Below the pieces are notes generated by a model that made no database searches, was not told the origin of the DNA, and saw nothing but the letters and a program-made list of their open reading frames with translations. A DNA stretch of 64,000 nucleotides from Fimicolochytrium jonesii (Eukaryota): positions 1,736,001 to 1,800,000 of the forward strand of contig NW_026515669.1 in assembly GCF_025526975.1 (NCBI RefSeq), written 5' to 3'. A program made the translations under genes and the position numbers. Positions 11,421 through 25,109 of this stretch are shown one piece after another. Numbering within the stretch: the first letter of the stretch is position 1; every line of letters starts with the position of its first letter.

Positions 11421-13188
11421 ATGGCTCTCCAAGCAGGGCAATTCGTGACCAGGAACGGCCAAGACCTATATGACCCAACGACAAAGACACCACTGCGGTT
11501 CGCCTCCTTCAACACTCCAGAATTGGCTTACCTAGACGACCCAGACCGGCTAGTGCCGTTACTCTACGAGCAAGAGGACCTCCTTCGGTCGGTATCGGAT
11601 TTTGGCGGGCGGGTCGTCAGAACGTACGTCTTGTCCGTTCAAACGAAAGGTGATGGGGTATACGACAATGGAGGCAACAGCCCACCGACAAAGCACATCA
11701 TCAAACGCCGGAATAACTCCACGGCGCCTGCCGGGCAGGTTTTCGACCTGAACGAGCCACTCATGCGAGGCCTCGATAACGCTCTGGCTGCTGCCGGACG
11801 GATGGGCATCCGGATAATATTCCCGTACGTTGGACCTCATTTTCGCTGTCATTTGTGTTTGTGAAGGTAACTAACCCTTTCTTCCATATAGATTCATAGA
11901 TCAGTGGGAATGGTGGGGCGGCTGCAAGCAGTTTGTGCAACTGGTGGACCCCGCATTGGAGCAGACTGCGTTCTTCACCGAGCACCGAGTCGTCGATCAG
12001 TTCAAGTTGCTCATTCAGGCTGTCCTGAACCGCAACAACACCGTCAATGGCCTGCTTTACCGTGACGATCCGGCCCTGCTTGCCTGGGAGACCGGCAATG
12101 AGCTCGAGTACAACAAAGGCCGAGTGCCCACGGCATGGACAAAAGACATTGCCGCGCATATCAAGAGCATCGACAAGAACCATCTCGTCATGGACGGATC
12201 ATGGCAATTTGGGTGGGATGCGACGGTGTTGGATGACCCAAATATCGACATGTACTCAAACCACTACTACCCGGGTTTCATGCGTACGACAACGAAAACG
12301 CCTCAGATTGGCGGTATCATCGCTTTGGCCGGGGTCATGATCCTCGGATTCCTCCTACTGATCCTGGTCAGCTGCTTCTCTCATCGTTTCCGGTTCCTCA
12401 AGAAACCCACCATGTACGAGCACGTATACATGGAATCAAAAGCCCGCAAGCGCATCACCATGGCCGCCGCCCTCGTCATCATCGGCGGCTCAATAGGCGG
12501 AATCGCCGTCCTCAACCGCAACAACAACCAACAATCCCTCTATGGCGACCTCGCCGCCGAAGATGCGGCCATAGTCGCCTCCCACAACAAAGTCTACATC
12601 GCCGGCGAATTCGGACTCGCCCCCTCCGCCGCAATGCAGAGCATGCTCACTACAGCCGTCGACCAACCCTCCAAAGGCTTCGCCGGTGCCCTCGTCTGGT
12701 CTCTACGCGGCCACTCTCGCAACGGAGGGTTCTACATCCACTCCGAGTCCGGCGAAGGATACTTTTCATACCACTACCCGGGCTTCCCATCCACTGGCCC
12801 CGGGTTCCCCGCCGATGATATCAGTACCATCAAACTCGTCAAGCAGGCCGCCCGCGACATGGCGGCGAAAACGGGATACACCATCCCCGCGCCAACCGTT
12901 CCCATCCCGCCATCCATCATCGCCTCGGTGTCAACCACACAAGATTTGCGGTTCATGGGCTCCGCAACCGCGTCCAGCTACGAAATCCAGCGCGCAGATG
13001 GCGCCAACGCACCCGCAACCGCAAACTGGCAGCCGGTCAAGACAGATTTCCTCGACAATATCACTCAGAACTCGACCATGTTCAAGGATACAACCGCAAA
13101 GGCGGGAACGACGTATAGCTACCGTGTGCGCGCGAAGAACGATGTCGGCGTAAGCGAGTTTAGTAATGTTGTTTCGCTTGTTGGTTGA
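11421..13188 (+). CDS. Glycoside hydrolase family 5 (beta-mannanase/mannosidase-like) with an internal two-TM insertion and a C-terminal FN3-like domain
   Basis: FVTRNG, GGRVVRTY, DQWEWWGG, YRDDPALLAWETGNE (acid/base), SNHYYP, AGEFG (nucleophile), GALVWSL and YSYRVRAKNDVGVSEFSN. One intron at about 11826-11891. Confidence 0.87.
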
Positions 13189-13600
13189 ATCAAAACCCTC
13201 CCCTCCTCATATTGTACATAGCCTTTCTTCATGCTTCCTCTTCGGGCGTCCTTGCCCCTCATGCGCACAGACTTTTTTTTTGCCATCTTAGATTTTGTAT
13301 GATATACGAATGATATACATCGGATCAAGGATATCAAATGGTCCCGCTCATCTACGTATCAGTTCACTTTTGGGATTGTGTTCCGGATTCGAAGGAGTCC
13401 CCCTGCCGGAGGTTATATGTACTGTGAGGTTACTTGGTGTGCTCAAACCCGATTTCACCAGAAGCTGCGGGCTGCGACAAGGGCCTAGCGTAAGCCCAGC
13501 TTATCTGGGAACTGATGAAAACGACACAATGCAGCTATCCTTTTGGCCAACATACAGTATTTCGGAACAGACAAACTCCGGATGTATCACAATGACATGA

Positions 13601-13652
13601 AATGTTACAACAAAACCAGGAAAGAATGTTACAACAAAACCAGGAACGAATG
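13601..13652 (+). repeat. 24-bp tandem duplication (aatgttacaacaaaaccaggaa(a/c)g x2), probably in the GDI1 3' UTR
   Basis: Read directly from the sequence. Confidence 0.9.
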
Positions 13653-13744
13653 AGGTTACGGAGGCACTCAGACACCATCAGCAAAGTCGGGTCTTCTCAG
13701 AATCGAATTTCTGTTTTGCTTTTCGTACCAAGGCGAGCCAACCT

Positions 13745-15523
13745 TTATTCGTCAGCCTCGCCCTCCTTCTTCACCTTACCCTCCACCTTCAAGACGTTGC
13801 CCGTCACCCGCTTGTAGATATCCTTAACGTCCTGGCAGACGGACTCAAAGTGACTGGTGGCGTCGTACGACTTGGAGATGTAGGCGCCGTCGGATTTGCC
13901 GTCGGATACTGGCTCGAAGATGTCCGTGATCTCAACGAACCTGGAAGACGGATGCTTAGAAAGGGACAGTGGCGAGAGGAGAGGATGGGCGCGACGCGAC
14001 TTACTTTTCTGTGATGGGGCCGAGCAGAGCAAGCGCGGGTTGGAGCTCTTGCTCCGCGTTGGCTGTTTCTACGATGGTCGAGACGATGGCGATCCAGTAG
14101 TCTTTTGCCGCGACATTGTGCGCAAATGAGGTAGATGCGACGTAGATATCTAATAGCAGAGCGAAGGTGAGTATGCAGAGAAACAAGGTTTTTTCCATAC
14201 TTCGCCGGCACTGACATACCATGAGCACGGTTGACCTGCTTTTGGGGGATGACGATTTGGAGAGAATCGGCGTCCGAGGTATTTGGTATGGAGTGCTGCA
14301 GAATGCAGATGGCGCGGACAACCTGGCCGGCCTTCTTCACTTTGTCCTTGAAGTAAGTAGGGTCGCCAATGACGGCCTTGGTCTTCACAACCTGCATTCG
14401 ATGAACGTATGGTTAATCCTTATAAACTCCGGACACCTGCTTCACCAATACCGAAGAGCTTACCTCGCCCTCACTCTTCACACCGACCAGTTTTCCATTT
14501 TCATACACAATCTCGTCGATCTTCTTGCTCAACATGTACGTTCCACCGTAAATGGCACTGAGGCGAGCAAACCCTTGCGGAAGCTCTCCCAAACCATACA
14601 GAGGGTACAGGTATGGGGACTTGCCGTATCGCGCCATGGAGTTCATGTACAAGCAGATGCGCTCGTACGTGTCCCTTGCCGGCTGGGTCATGTACTCGTC
14701 ATCAAAGTGCAGTGCAAGGGCGTGTCCAACAAAGTCCTGCGTTCCGGCCTCCAAGCCGAATTTCTTGTACACCTCCGTCATTGTGACGGTGTTCAAATCC
14801 AGTCCTGTAATACACAAAACGCTTTAACATTGCATCAATGCTTCCCATTAGCTCCATATATGGTCTCACCTTGGTGAGTAGTCGGGTTATTGAAGTCGTA
14901 AGCCTGGATGAACTCGAAGAATTTCTTGGCTCTGCGCTTCTCGAAGATTCCCATCAAAGGGCTAGCTACGGCCTCGGTGTTGCTGGCAGGCACCTTGGAA
15001 ATGCGGCCATCGCGGTACACGTAAGATCCCGCAATCTGGCGGAACTCCAAGTAGCGGGTGACATCGGTGTGGTAGAGAATGTTGGTGAATTCACCAGAAG
15101 CCATGGCGAACTTTGGAATCAAATCCACGTTCCAGTCCCTGTCTCGGCCGAAGGTGCTGGGGGGCTCCTGGCCAGGTCGGAACTTGCGGTAGAGCTGCAA
15201 AGAAAACGATGGCCTATCAGTCGCCGATTGCCGTACGGTATCATAAATGCATGCCACCGTACCTGGGACAAGTTCAAGGAAGCACTTTCACCACCATAGT
15301 AGTCGTTCCTATCCATATGGAGAACCTTCTTTCCTTCCACCGAGAGGACCCCTGAGAGAATACACTCGGTAAGACCGGTGCCGAGCACAACGACATCATA
15401 TTCTTCGTCCTGCGGATAAGCAAAATGTGGGGTTCAGCTTCATCGTCGCTACGGTCACGCGCAGTCGCAATGTTGCTTCCGCAAGAGCCGGTCTGTCATA
15501 CGAATGGGCAGCTGACATACCAT
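13745..15523 (-). CDS. GDI1: Rab GDP-dissociation inhibitor
   Basis: [72 protein letters not shown] and SYDATSHFE. The first coding exon is only the ATG (15521-15523). Confidence 0.97.
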
Positions 15524-16169
15524 TTTGAAGCACTATACTGTTCTCTTGGTCACTGCTGTTTGTTACTGTTTGTGAATACGAAGGCGATCTCAGATGTCGT
15601 GGGAAAAGATGTCGGTGATGTCAAGCTCAGGCAGGCAGCGGCTGGTTCTTTGTGATGATGACAGCACACCAGGAGAAACAAGCCACAGGGTCAAGGCAGT
15701 GCCCAACCTTAGACAGGACAACGCGTTTCAACTCCAAGCTCTCCCAAAGACTGCGCTTTTTTCCACAAAAGAGGTACTGTACAGTTAACAAGAGGTACTG
15801 TATTCTGTTCTACAGCCTTTCTACAACAAACTAACTCGGAATACACCTAACGTCCCTTTTCTCTGTTTAAAATCTACATCTTGCAGGTATTCAGTCCCTA
15901 AATTGGGAGTGTTAGTTGATGGACACCCTAATTTGCCAGGAAAAAGTTGGCTTGTGTTTCCTGCTGGCGAAGTGCCAGGGCATGACCGGGGCGATGATGG
16001 AACGCGGACCGTGTCGGCATGTACATCTGCAGCCAGGAGCATGAACGCATGTCCTGTGACGTACATGGCCAACTACGGCTCGGCGTCCGCCGCTGTACTC
16101 TGTCCAAAATTCTGATGAGCGATACTGCGTGACGGCTGCGCGTCGAGGACAAAGTTCGCAATGAGGTCG

Positions 16170-17985
16170 TCAATATTCAGGTATGAGGGGTTTCATGGGA
16201 TTCACGGCGCACCTATAGAGCGTGTAATAGCTGAGTTTAGGAAGCTCCCAGGATCCCCTGAAAAACGGCGTTCGGCACTTACATCCAAATGCGTGTCTTG
16301 TAGATTTTAAACAACTCGCGTACCAATTCGCGGAAATCGATTCGTCCCTCAGCCACAAAGTAGTAGGTCAATTTCCGCCGGTCCCTGCAGAGAATGAAGG
16401 TTCATCAAACAAGCGTCCGAAATCAACCTTCAAGCTGGCTTGGAGGTGCGTACCATTGATATTCCGCATCAACGATCTCCATCGGTAACCTTTTCTGCCG
16501 AATCTTAGCTTGGCAAATTGCCATAGCTTTCGCTTCGTCCTGACTCTTGGAGACGAGCATCGTCACCTCCGCAGGCCCGGCTGCTCTGTATATTCTTTTC
16601 GGATGCACTTCCTTGGTGGGACTGTGACACTCCGGGAGGGAGTCCACGTGTTGTGCCTGATACATCTGAAGTATTTGGAGATTTTGAATGTTGTCGTGGA
16701 TGACCTTTCCGAGATCTTTGCCGCGGTCAGCTTCAACCAAGACAAGATCGCCGCGTTTCACCGGCATGCCATACAGGGCGGTAGTGTGGAAGAAATCTTT
16801 GCGGCCGGCTTTGAATTCGACCACATAGAGCGGCCATTGGTATGAGTAGGATTGCATCTGGAGGTTCTTTCCAGCCTCGACCCATGCTTTTGTCCTTCTT
16901 TTGGTGTTCTCAAAGTAATCATCGATCTCGTCTAGGAAGGGAGTCTCTGATGTTTCGTTGATTCGCATGTTCTCCAACCCAGCCACCAGATACTCGGGGG
17001 TTAGAGGGACCTGCACCGGTCCAGCCAAAGTGTGTCGGCGTCTGTACACGTCTGAGATATCAGTGGCGGCGCTGATTGAAGAAAGGTTAGCTACAAGACG
17101 GCGCGGTCTACTTCTTATAACCACACGAGGCTTACGGTTCATATTCGTGGTATAAGCCAGGCGCATGTGAGAAACGGCGGTCTTGTCTATTGTACATGTA
17201 CGCCGTCAGTGGCACAGGAGAAATGCTGTTCGAATCCGCTCCGGATTGTGCAGACGGCCTTCTATGTATGATGTGCGGTTTCTGGGTCGCCGCCCAGATA
17301 CGGTCCATGTCGGCATAGTCCGATGTCGGGGAAACGGAGCTTTGGAGAGCATCGGCAGGATACGTATACAAGGCTTCCTGAGTTGATGGAAGTCCGTAGA
17401 CTTCTGACGAGGATTTTGATCGCGACCGAAGCTTGGGCGCAGGAATCGTGTCATACTGCTCACTTCCATCCCGCAGTGGGACTATCGTTTCACCACCCCT
17501 TTCAAATTTGTCGAGGTGAGCCTGCGGTTCCCCTACCCCGCCCTTAGACCCCATGGAAAACGACAGACTTCGGTACTGTCGGGAGGGAAACGTCGCTGAG
17601 ACATCACCGGGTATATAGGGTAAAGGTATGTTGGTGCCATCTGTCGGGCTGGATTTTGCGCTGCGAGCGTTGTTCAAGTTCGCCTCGTTCCAGGACGAGC
17701 CTCGCCATTCAACGCCAGGCTCTCCCCAATTCCCTCCGTTTCTATTCGACTGTTCTGGCGTTCCTGAATAAGAGACCCAACCCGATATGTCATAAGACGA
17801 CTGATCGATCTCGCATCAAAAAATGCCATAGCCTGTTCACCTTCCGAGCCTTTGCGATCTGCCGCCCACTGCGGGGCTTCCTGCTTAGCAGACCGCGCGG
17901 CTGCTGATTTGGCCACGTTGGCCAAGCTAGATCGTCGGGGTGTTGGGATACCTGGTGAGTCGGTCCCACGGATATTTGACATCAT
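16170..17985 (-). CDS. PSP1 C-terminal domain protein
   Basis: [31 protein letters not shown] and [19 protein letters not shown]...[21 protein letters not shown], joined across introns. The 5' exons are less certain. Confidence 0.9.
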
Positions 17986-19256
17986 CACCACCGAACTCTG
18001 CTTGATGAAATATTCCCTCAGAGTCACTCCTAGGATGCTTGCAAAACTGCACAACGAGGACGGAGTAAAGTTGATCCAAGAGAACTGATCCGCCAACTTC
18101 GCGGCGCTGTGAAGGAACTAGCTGTTATACTAGTTTTGCACGCGAAATTGCTCTGTCCAGATGACGAGATTGTTTCAGAGCGTTATCGTCTTGAGATTAC
18201 AGCAGAACCGCCACTTAGTCGAACTGTCGACCCGCCTAGGCGGGTTGGCAAAGACGAGCCTACATATGTATGAGGCCAAGTGTGAAGGGACAGGAGCACC
18301 CCTTGCTGGGGCGTGCAGGAGTGTGTTTGTGCCTCTGCTTTGTGGCCCACAAACTTGCAAGTTGGCGACAATTCAAGAAGCGCGCGCTGACGACCGGCAC
18401 AAATAACGATCGCACGATCCTAATCAGATTCCATCTTACGACAACTTCATAATTTAGATTCCCAATCAAACTTCCCACAGCGATCAGAGCCGTGACTGCC
18501 GGGACTCGGGGATTGTGAGAAGGTGTTGTGCCAGCCTGCCATGCTGCAGGTGGTTGAGTAGCGGAGGCTCACGGACGTCGGTGGACTCGGTTGGAGGCTC
18601 CAACTTGGCTGCAGGAAACTCTCACTCAAGCTGGACAGTGGATCGTAACATCGGCACAATACGAATCTCAGGTCCTTTGTACGGTACAGTTGGTATATAC
18701 AAGGGGAAGATGGCTCCTCACTTGCGCAACCGTGTTGATCCCAGATGGAGACCTTCATCACTTCCGTCCATATTATTTGATGTCTCTTTTACGTTATGGG
18801 GAATCCCTCACCATGAACCACATACGGCTCTCACGCACTGTGATGTGACGAAGCCTACTAAGAGCTGGTCTTTGCGTACTTGGTTCCATAAGGGCAGGTT
18901 TGGTACCCTGCGTACCCACCGCGTCACGCCCAACCTCAGCCCAACCTCCAAACATCAAAGCCCCAACCACGCGCCGGTTGAGTCGTGGGAAAACCGGAAT
19001 CACAAGCGTTGGGGGTCACCGTACATATGCAGAACCAAACAAAAACATAGAACAAGAAGCTCAACTGCGAATACTTAGTAGGACCCTTTCACTCGGCACA
19101 AAATCGGATCCCCTTGACTTAAGGTTAGTTGATGATCCACAGCTCTTGGCGAGCACACCAGCCATCCTTTTGTATGGAATTTCAATTCATGCCTGGAGAC
19201 GGTGCGAACGGCCCCGAACATTCTTCTCACTCGCATCTTAGCAGGCCATCGCAGCC

Positions 19257-20901
19257 ATGTCGGACGAAGATATAGCTCCTGGCTCCGATGTGGAGCAGGA
19301 AGTTTTGGACGATGAGCCAAAGAGCATCTTACTTGGCATCATCGGGCAGCTACGCAAGGGAGGTGACCTGTCTCGGGTCACCTTACCCACGTTCGTTCTG
19401 GAGCCAAGGAGCATGACGGAGAGAATAACGGACTTTATGAGCCACCCGGAACTCATCAATAAGTAAGATCACAAAGTTGAGGTTGAAGTCGGCAATTGGC
19501 GATGGCCCTCAAAAGTTGAGGCTTACGCGAAGGTGCATACTGCGCCCACTTGGAGGCAGGCTTAGCAGACTCTGTGTACTGCTTCCGCATGCGACCTTCG
19601 TTCAGATGCAAAAGCAGTCTGGAAAACGTTTTAACCAGACCTTTTTCCGCCATATCATAGTGCGCCTCTGAACACGGACCCCGTAGGCCGATTTGCTGAC
19701 GTTGTCGCATACTTCTTATCTGGTTGGCATATCAAGCCAAAGGTAAGCCCACGTCCAGAACGCTTGCTAATGCATGGCTCGCCCTAACACCGTTATCCAA
19801 CGAAAGGGAGTCAAAAAGCCGTACAACCCCGTGCTTGGAGAATTTTTCAGATGCCGATGGGACTTTGAGGATGGTTCAACAGCATACTACGTGTGCGAGC
19901 AAGTATCGCATCACCCGCCCGTCTCCGTTTACTTTTACGCCAATCCGCAGAACGACATCTGGATTTCGGGCCACGTGCGCCCGGCGTCCAAGTTCCTGGG
20001 CAACTCCGCGGCAACCTTGATGCGGGGGACGCATCATGTTCAGTTCAAGCGATCCTGGCCTGGAGAGGAGTACACTGTTACGTTGCCCAACGTATATGCC
20101 AGGGGAATCCTTTTCGGTTCCATGTACCTAGAACTGGGTGATTCTGTTGTCCTCAAGTGCCCAAAGAATGATCTTGTTGCGGACATTGATTTTCAAACCA
20201 AGGTGAGGAGCGACTCGGGAGAGAGATACCAATGAATTGGACGAGCTTCTAACGTCAGGACTCGCCTTCCAGGGCTTCTTCACAGGGGTATATAACGGAG
20301 TCAAGGGACGGATAAAGCGAGAATCTTCAGGCGAGGTGATATACAACATTGCGGGCAAATGGACGGATTCCATCCAATTCACCAAAGCGAGCACATCGGA
20401 GAAGAAGACGGTCTTCAACGCCGCCACGGCGCAGATCCACACAAAAGTTCCGCCTGCGGAAGACGCGCAGGAAGAGTTCGAGGCGCGGAAACTCTGGGAA
20501 AGGGTTACGAAAGGAATCACCACCAAGAACTTGGATTATGCCACGAAGGAGAAGACGGCGATCGAAGATAACCAACGCGTTATCCTCAAGGAGCGTGCGG
20601 CCAAAGGGGTGACTTGGCAACCGAGATTCTTCACTGGGCCTGTAGATGACGACTGGAGCTTTGGATTGAAAGAGTGAGTGGCATCCCACCAACCTCCATC
20701 CAGTGCGCAAGGGCAAGAAAGAGGGCGGCAGCTAACATTTTTCCATGGTTTACCAGCTTCCCGAACGACCCGAAAGCGGCGTCCAAATTGATAGAAGACT
20801 TCATTTTCGCGCAGCCAGATTCCCCATCACATAAGACTTTCTGGGCCTCTCCAAGACAGTCCACCACTTCCATCTCCTCTGTAGATCGACCTTCAACTTG
20901 A
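19257..20901 (+). CDS. Oxysterol-binding protein, OSH6/OSH7 (ORP5/8)-like
   Basis: DLSRVTLPTFVLEPRSM, SGWHIKPKGVKKPYNPVLGEFF, the EQVSHHPP signature, LPNVYARGILFG and EKTAIEDNQR. Confidence 0.93.
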
Positions 20902-21489
20902 ACAAATTGAACTCGTGTTGGCCCGCTTTGTGAGGGATTTGCACATGGTTTTTCTACTTTTTGTTGTGGTGTGAGAATGGGAAACCTCTTGGCAGTGTGT
21001 GCTTGCCTTGATCCTTTTAAATGGCAGAGGGCAAGCACATGCCCATGATATCGCTCCGGCACCGGCACGTTGGGAGCGACAAAAAAACGTTACTCTCCAG
21101 GAGCATTCCAAAGCAGCGCTCAACGGCAACCAAGTGGGGATTCTATAAAATGTTGCGATTCTGCATTCGCTCCGTACACCAACTCCCTCACGGCTTCCGC
21201 TTTGATGAAGACGCCCATGTTTGATATTTTTTTTTTCATTTCGTGTCTGCATAAATACACGTCGGGTTTGGTACGTATGATGAGAACTGCACAACCTCGT
21301 CGTATGGTATCGAAAGACGCCATTCCATCCCACTTCCCTTCTTGCCCTCCAAAGAGCTCCAACCCATCGATCCACAAAAATATCTATCTGCCCTCGCATT
21401 GCCCGCGTCTACCCTCCTTCTCCTCAGCTGCCCTGTGACCCGGGAGCCCTGATTATACGACATCGGAGGTAAACGCAGCGTTCTGTGCT

Positions 21490-24400
21490 CTATGGTTTAT
21501 CAGATTTAGCCCGCTTATGGTCCGGCGACCCTCCATCACTGCTTCCTCCAACGGAATCACGGCGGAATGGTCGTTTCAGGCCAGCCGATTCCTCCCGGTC
21601 CCGGAAGGCCTTTTTTTGCGGTGGTGGGGACGTAGATCGGGATGCTGCTTCGTCGGGGGATGTAGAGCCGCCGTTGGCTTCTTCGCCGCCGTAGTTGGCT
21701 AGAGCCGCGAGGCCGTCGGAGGCTCGGGCGGTTTTGGGGCTGGTGGATTTGGAGGCGGAGCGGCGTTTGTCGTCGGTGGTGGGGGTTGGTGCTGCTTTCT
21801 GCTGCGGTTGTTGTGGATTTTGTTGCGCTGCAGGCCGTTCGGGTTCAGGTTTGCTCTCCTTCTCCCGCTCCCGTTCCCTTTCGCGTTCACGCTGCTCGCG
21901 TGCACGGTCCCGGTCACGGTCGCGCTCCCTCCCACTTTCTCTCGGATATTCACTCTCCTCACCAGCCCTCTCGCGACTCCACTCCCTCGACACCGCCGCA
22001 GACTCCTCATCCCGCTGCTGCCCGTACGACCGATCGCTAGGCAACGCCAACCGTTCCTTCTGTGCCGGTGGCCGCTCCCGTTGCGGCGAGGCCTTGTTCT
22101 CGCCCGCCTTATCGTCCTGTTTACCCTTTAACAGCCCCGCAGACGTCTTCTTACTAGTGCTTCCGCTGCTCGTCTCCCTCCTCGCGGGCGCGTCCGACTC
22201 TTTGGCGCGATCGTCGTGTGCCTGCTGGGCTTGGGCGGCTGTGGGAGAGGGCAACGGGGGTTGGTCGATCTCCATTGCGTTAACACCGCGCTGGCTTTGG
22301 GAGGATTGCGGGCGGGAGGGAGCGTTGATTGCATCGGAGCCTTTGCCCTCTCTAGCGTCCGCATCATGCACCTGTGCTCTTTCCTTTTCCATGCCCTGAT
22401 CGGTGCCGGGTCCTGCAGGAGTGGCTTGTGCTGGACCTCTGCGGTCAGTGGATCTCTCAGGCATCCTTTGTCCTCGTTCCTCAACGTAAGGGCCACGGCC
22501 AGTGTCCATGGGTCTCGACTCCATCTGACGAGCATCCCGATGCTCATGCGACGGGGAAAAGTCCCTGGGACGGGGAAGCTGTTCCCTCTGTCGTTCGTTG
22601 CTGAACCTCGGCCTGTCAACGCCTTCCAAACTCCTGTGGCCGGAATCATGTTCCCTCTGCTCTCTCTGATCCCTCTGAGGGAACGGCAGCGCGTCTCCGT
22701 GGCCAAGGAACGAGTCAGACGAGCGACGGCCGTGGTCGTCGGGCCTCATGATGATTTCTGGCAGCCGGATAGACTCGTTGGCGTCCCGAGAGTGTCGCGG
22801 CATGTCGCCAAACGATCGCAATGCCTCCATTTGCGACGAGCCGTCACCTCGGCCTTCGCCTTGCTCGCGCTGTCGGCCTTCCAGACCTGATAGAGGCCCA
22901 TTGGACGAACGGCCGTCTTGGCCATAGCGTCCAGAGACCTCGTCTTGCGGGTTATACAGACGGGGTCCAGAGGAGTTAGGCGGCATGTCCTGCACATTCG
23001 AGCGAGATCCGTTCCGGTTTTGCTGTTTGGGTGAGACGAGCTTGTCGGCGCGGCCACCCTTGGGTTTGCCCGGTCGGTTCACGAGTTCACCAGGAGACTG
23101 CAAGGTAGGTCTGTCTGCCATCGAAGGGATCCTCCGCTCATCGCGCTGCCCGGGTCCGGAAGCATAAGGCGGCAGCGTCGATGATCCAGGAAGCATCCCT
23201 TCGCGCCGGTCAAGGTCGGCAGGCTGAGGCGCATGACCGGCGCCTTCGGGATGGGCTGAGCGGCCAAAGCCAGTGGGCGGCTGAGGTCCTTGGTACAATG
23301 GACCCGATGCGTTGGCGTGAGGACCCGAGACGTTCGGATAGCCCTGAGGTTTGGTATCGCGGAGAACAGCAGGCTGGTGGGCGGGACCGGAACCTCCGGC
23401 CTGGTTCTGAGTTGCTCCTCCTTGCGAGCTGCGGAGCATTTGCAGGCGTTGCTTGATATGCGGGTTGGAAGGGTCGAGCTCGAGAGCGCGTGTGTATGCA
23501 TCGAGAGCGTCGTTGACTTGATTATTGCAGCTCTCGTAAAGAGTGCCGAGATCGTACCTATCGAATCGACAATGGGTTAGCACTTCTCTGCAACATGGGA
23601 CCAAGATGATTGTCCAAACTTACCAAACTTCACTGATGTATGGGTTCAATCGGATAGCTCGGCTATACGCGTCCAGTGCGTCGCGATATTGATTGATTTG
23701 ATAGTACAACACTCCAATAGAGCACCAGAAAGTTGGATTGCGTCCATCCCGGTAGCTAAGAATCGGGAGTGAGCGCTCCATAATCACAAAGTGCTCATGA
23801 ATAGTTGCTACTTACACAGCTTGTTGATAAGCCTCGTAAGCTTTGTTGTATTTCTGTTGAGCCATGTAGCATCGTCCAAGCAGATACCAAGTTTGTGCAT
23901 CATTGACATCTGCAAAGTGTGTGAGCGCGAATTCACCTTCGATTTCACCCATCACAAAGTTCTTACCAGCTTCGAGTGACCGCGTCAAATACTGGATGGC
24001 GAGCTCCTGGCTTGAGAAGCTGGAGTTTTGTTGATGATAGAGCCAGCCGAGTTGTTGCAAAACTTTGGCATGGTTCGGGTTCTCCGTAAGGACGCGTTCG
24101 TATGCATCACGAGCAAGTGCATACTGTGGATGGTGAGTAGCCATGATGAGCCAGTGTACAGACCCTCACGTTATACGAGCGCTGCTCACCTCTTTCTGCT
24201 GCTCATGAACATGTCCGATTTGGAACCAAATGTCCACCTCGGTGAGGGGCTTCGGCGGGCAAGTCAAGATGTACTTGAAGCACTGTGACATGAAAATCGA
24301 GGTCAAGATCTGTCAAAGTTTCTCACTTCACATCACATCCCATCAAATCGTACTCACACTCAGACTGGTTTCGTATTTGCCCTGTTGCTTGTAGATTATG

Positions 24401-25109
24401 CCCAGTCTGAAGTAGATCTCGTTGGCTTTCTCGAATTTGGGCTCCATCCGGATGACCGCTGAGAAAGCTTCCTCGGCATGCTCATATGATCCATATCGAT
24501 CATAGAGGATACCAATGCCGTACCAAAGCTTGGGCTCCTGTCAATGCGACCACGTTAGTGTTGATATTTTCGAGACTGCGACCCATACGGCGTGAATCAA
24601 ACGTACTTTGGGATTGGGCAGGTGGTAAAGGGCCTGTTGATAAGCGGTGTATGCCCTCTGCAGATCATCCTGCATGAGGAAACAGTGCCCAAGGGCTCCC
24701 CAAATCTCTCCGTTCGTCTGATCGATGTTCAAAACTCGCTCAAAGTAATCGACAGCCTGATAATCGGAAAGAATGTTCATCAGAAGCCGCTCCAAGTAAC
24801 GCAACGTTTTGCATAAGCTGACGTACCTTGGAAAACTGCTCACGAGTCCTACACAGGGCAGCAGCTTGGGTGAGAGCCTTGGTCGAGTGAGGGTTATGAC
24901 GAAGGGCTTCCTCATATGCGTGCATGGCGCGGTCGAGGTCGCCCATGGTTTCCGCCACAGAGCCTGTAATATCCCAGTTAGCTGTCTCTCCTCACCAGCG
25001 GTGACAATTTCCCTACGCCATGGTTCATACCTATCTGTATCCAAGCGGCCTCGTCATTTTGAGACAATTTATGAATTACCGGAAGGTAAGAGGGCGGAGG
25101 TCCCGCCAT
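21490..25109 (-). CDS. CYC8: General transcriptional corepressor Cyc8/Ssn6 (TPR protein)
   Basis: TPR array (EAAWIQIGSVAETMGDLDRA, GEIWGALGHCFLM, WYGIGILYDRYGS, DAQTWYLLGRCYM, RNPTFWCSIGVLYY, YDLGTLYESCNNQ) followed by a long disordered RE-rich tail. The ATG at 25109 is inferred, with a probable 5' UTR intron upstream. Confidence 0.95.

Noticed and set aside
13818..13828. ATATCCTTAAC as a U12 intron signal
   Set aside because: It lies on the antisense strand of a GDI1 coding exon.
15769..15802. Duplicated aagaggtactgta upstream of GDI1 as a mobile-element footprint
   Set aside because: There are only two short copies and no element between them, so simple local duplication suffices.
18100..19250. 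Structured RNA gene or riboswitch in the long intergenic regions (also 25700-26500 and 57000-57600)
   Set aside because: I recognised no tRNA, snRNA, snoRNA or TPP-riboswitch consensus by eye. An Infernal/Rfam scan would be needed to exclude them.
21695..23580. Long plus-strand ORFs opposite CYC8, and similar shadow ORFs such as 42800-43711, 3574-4080 and 27756-28445
   Set aside because: They are antisense shadows of GC-rich coding sequence with no independent protein features.
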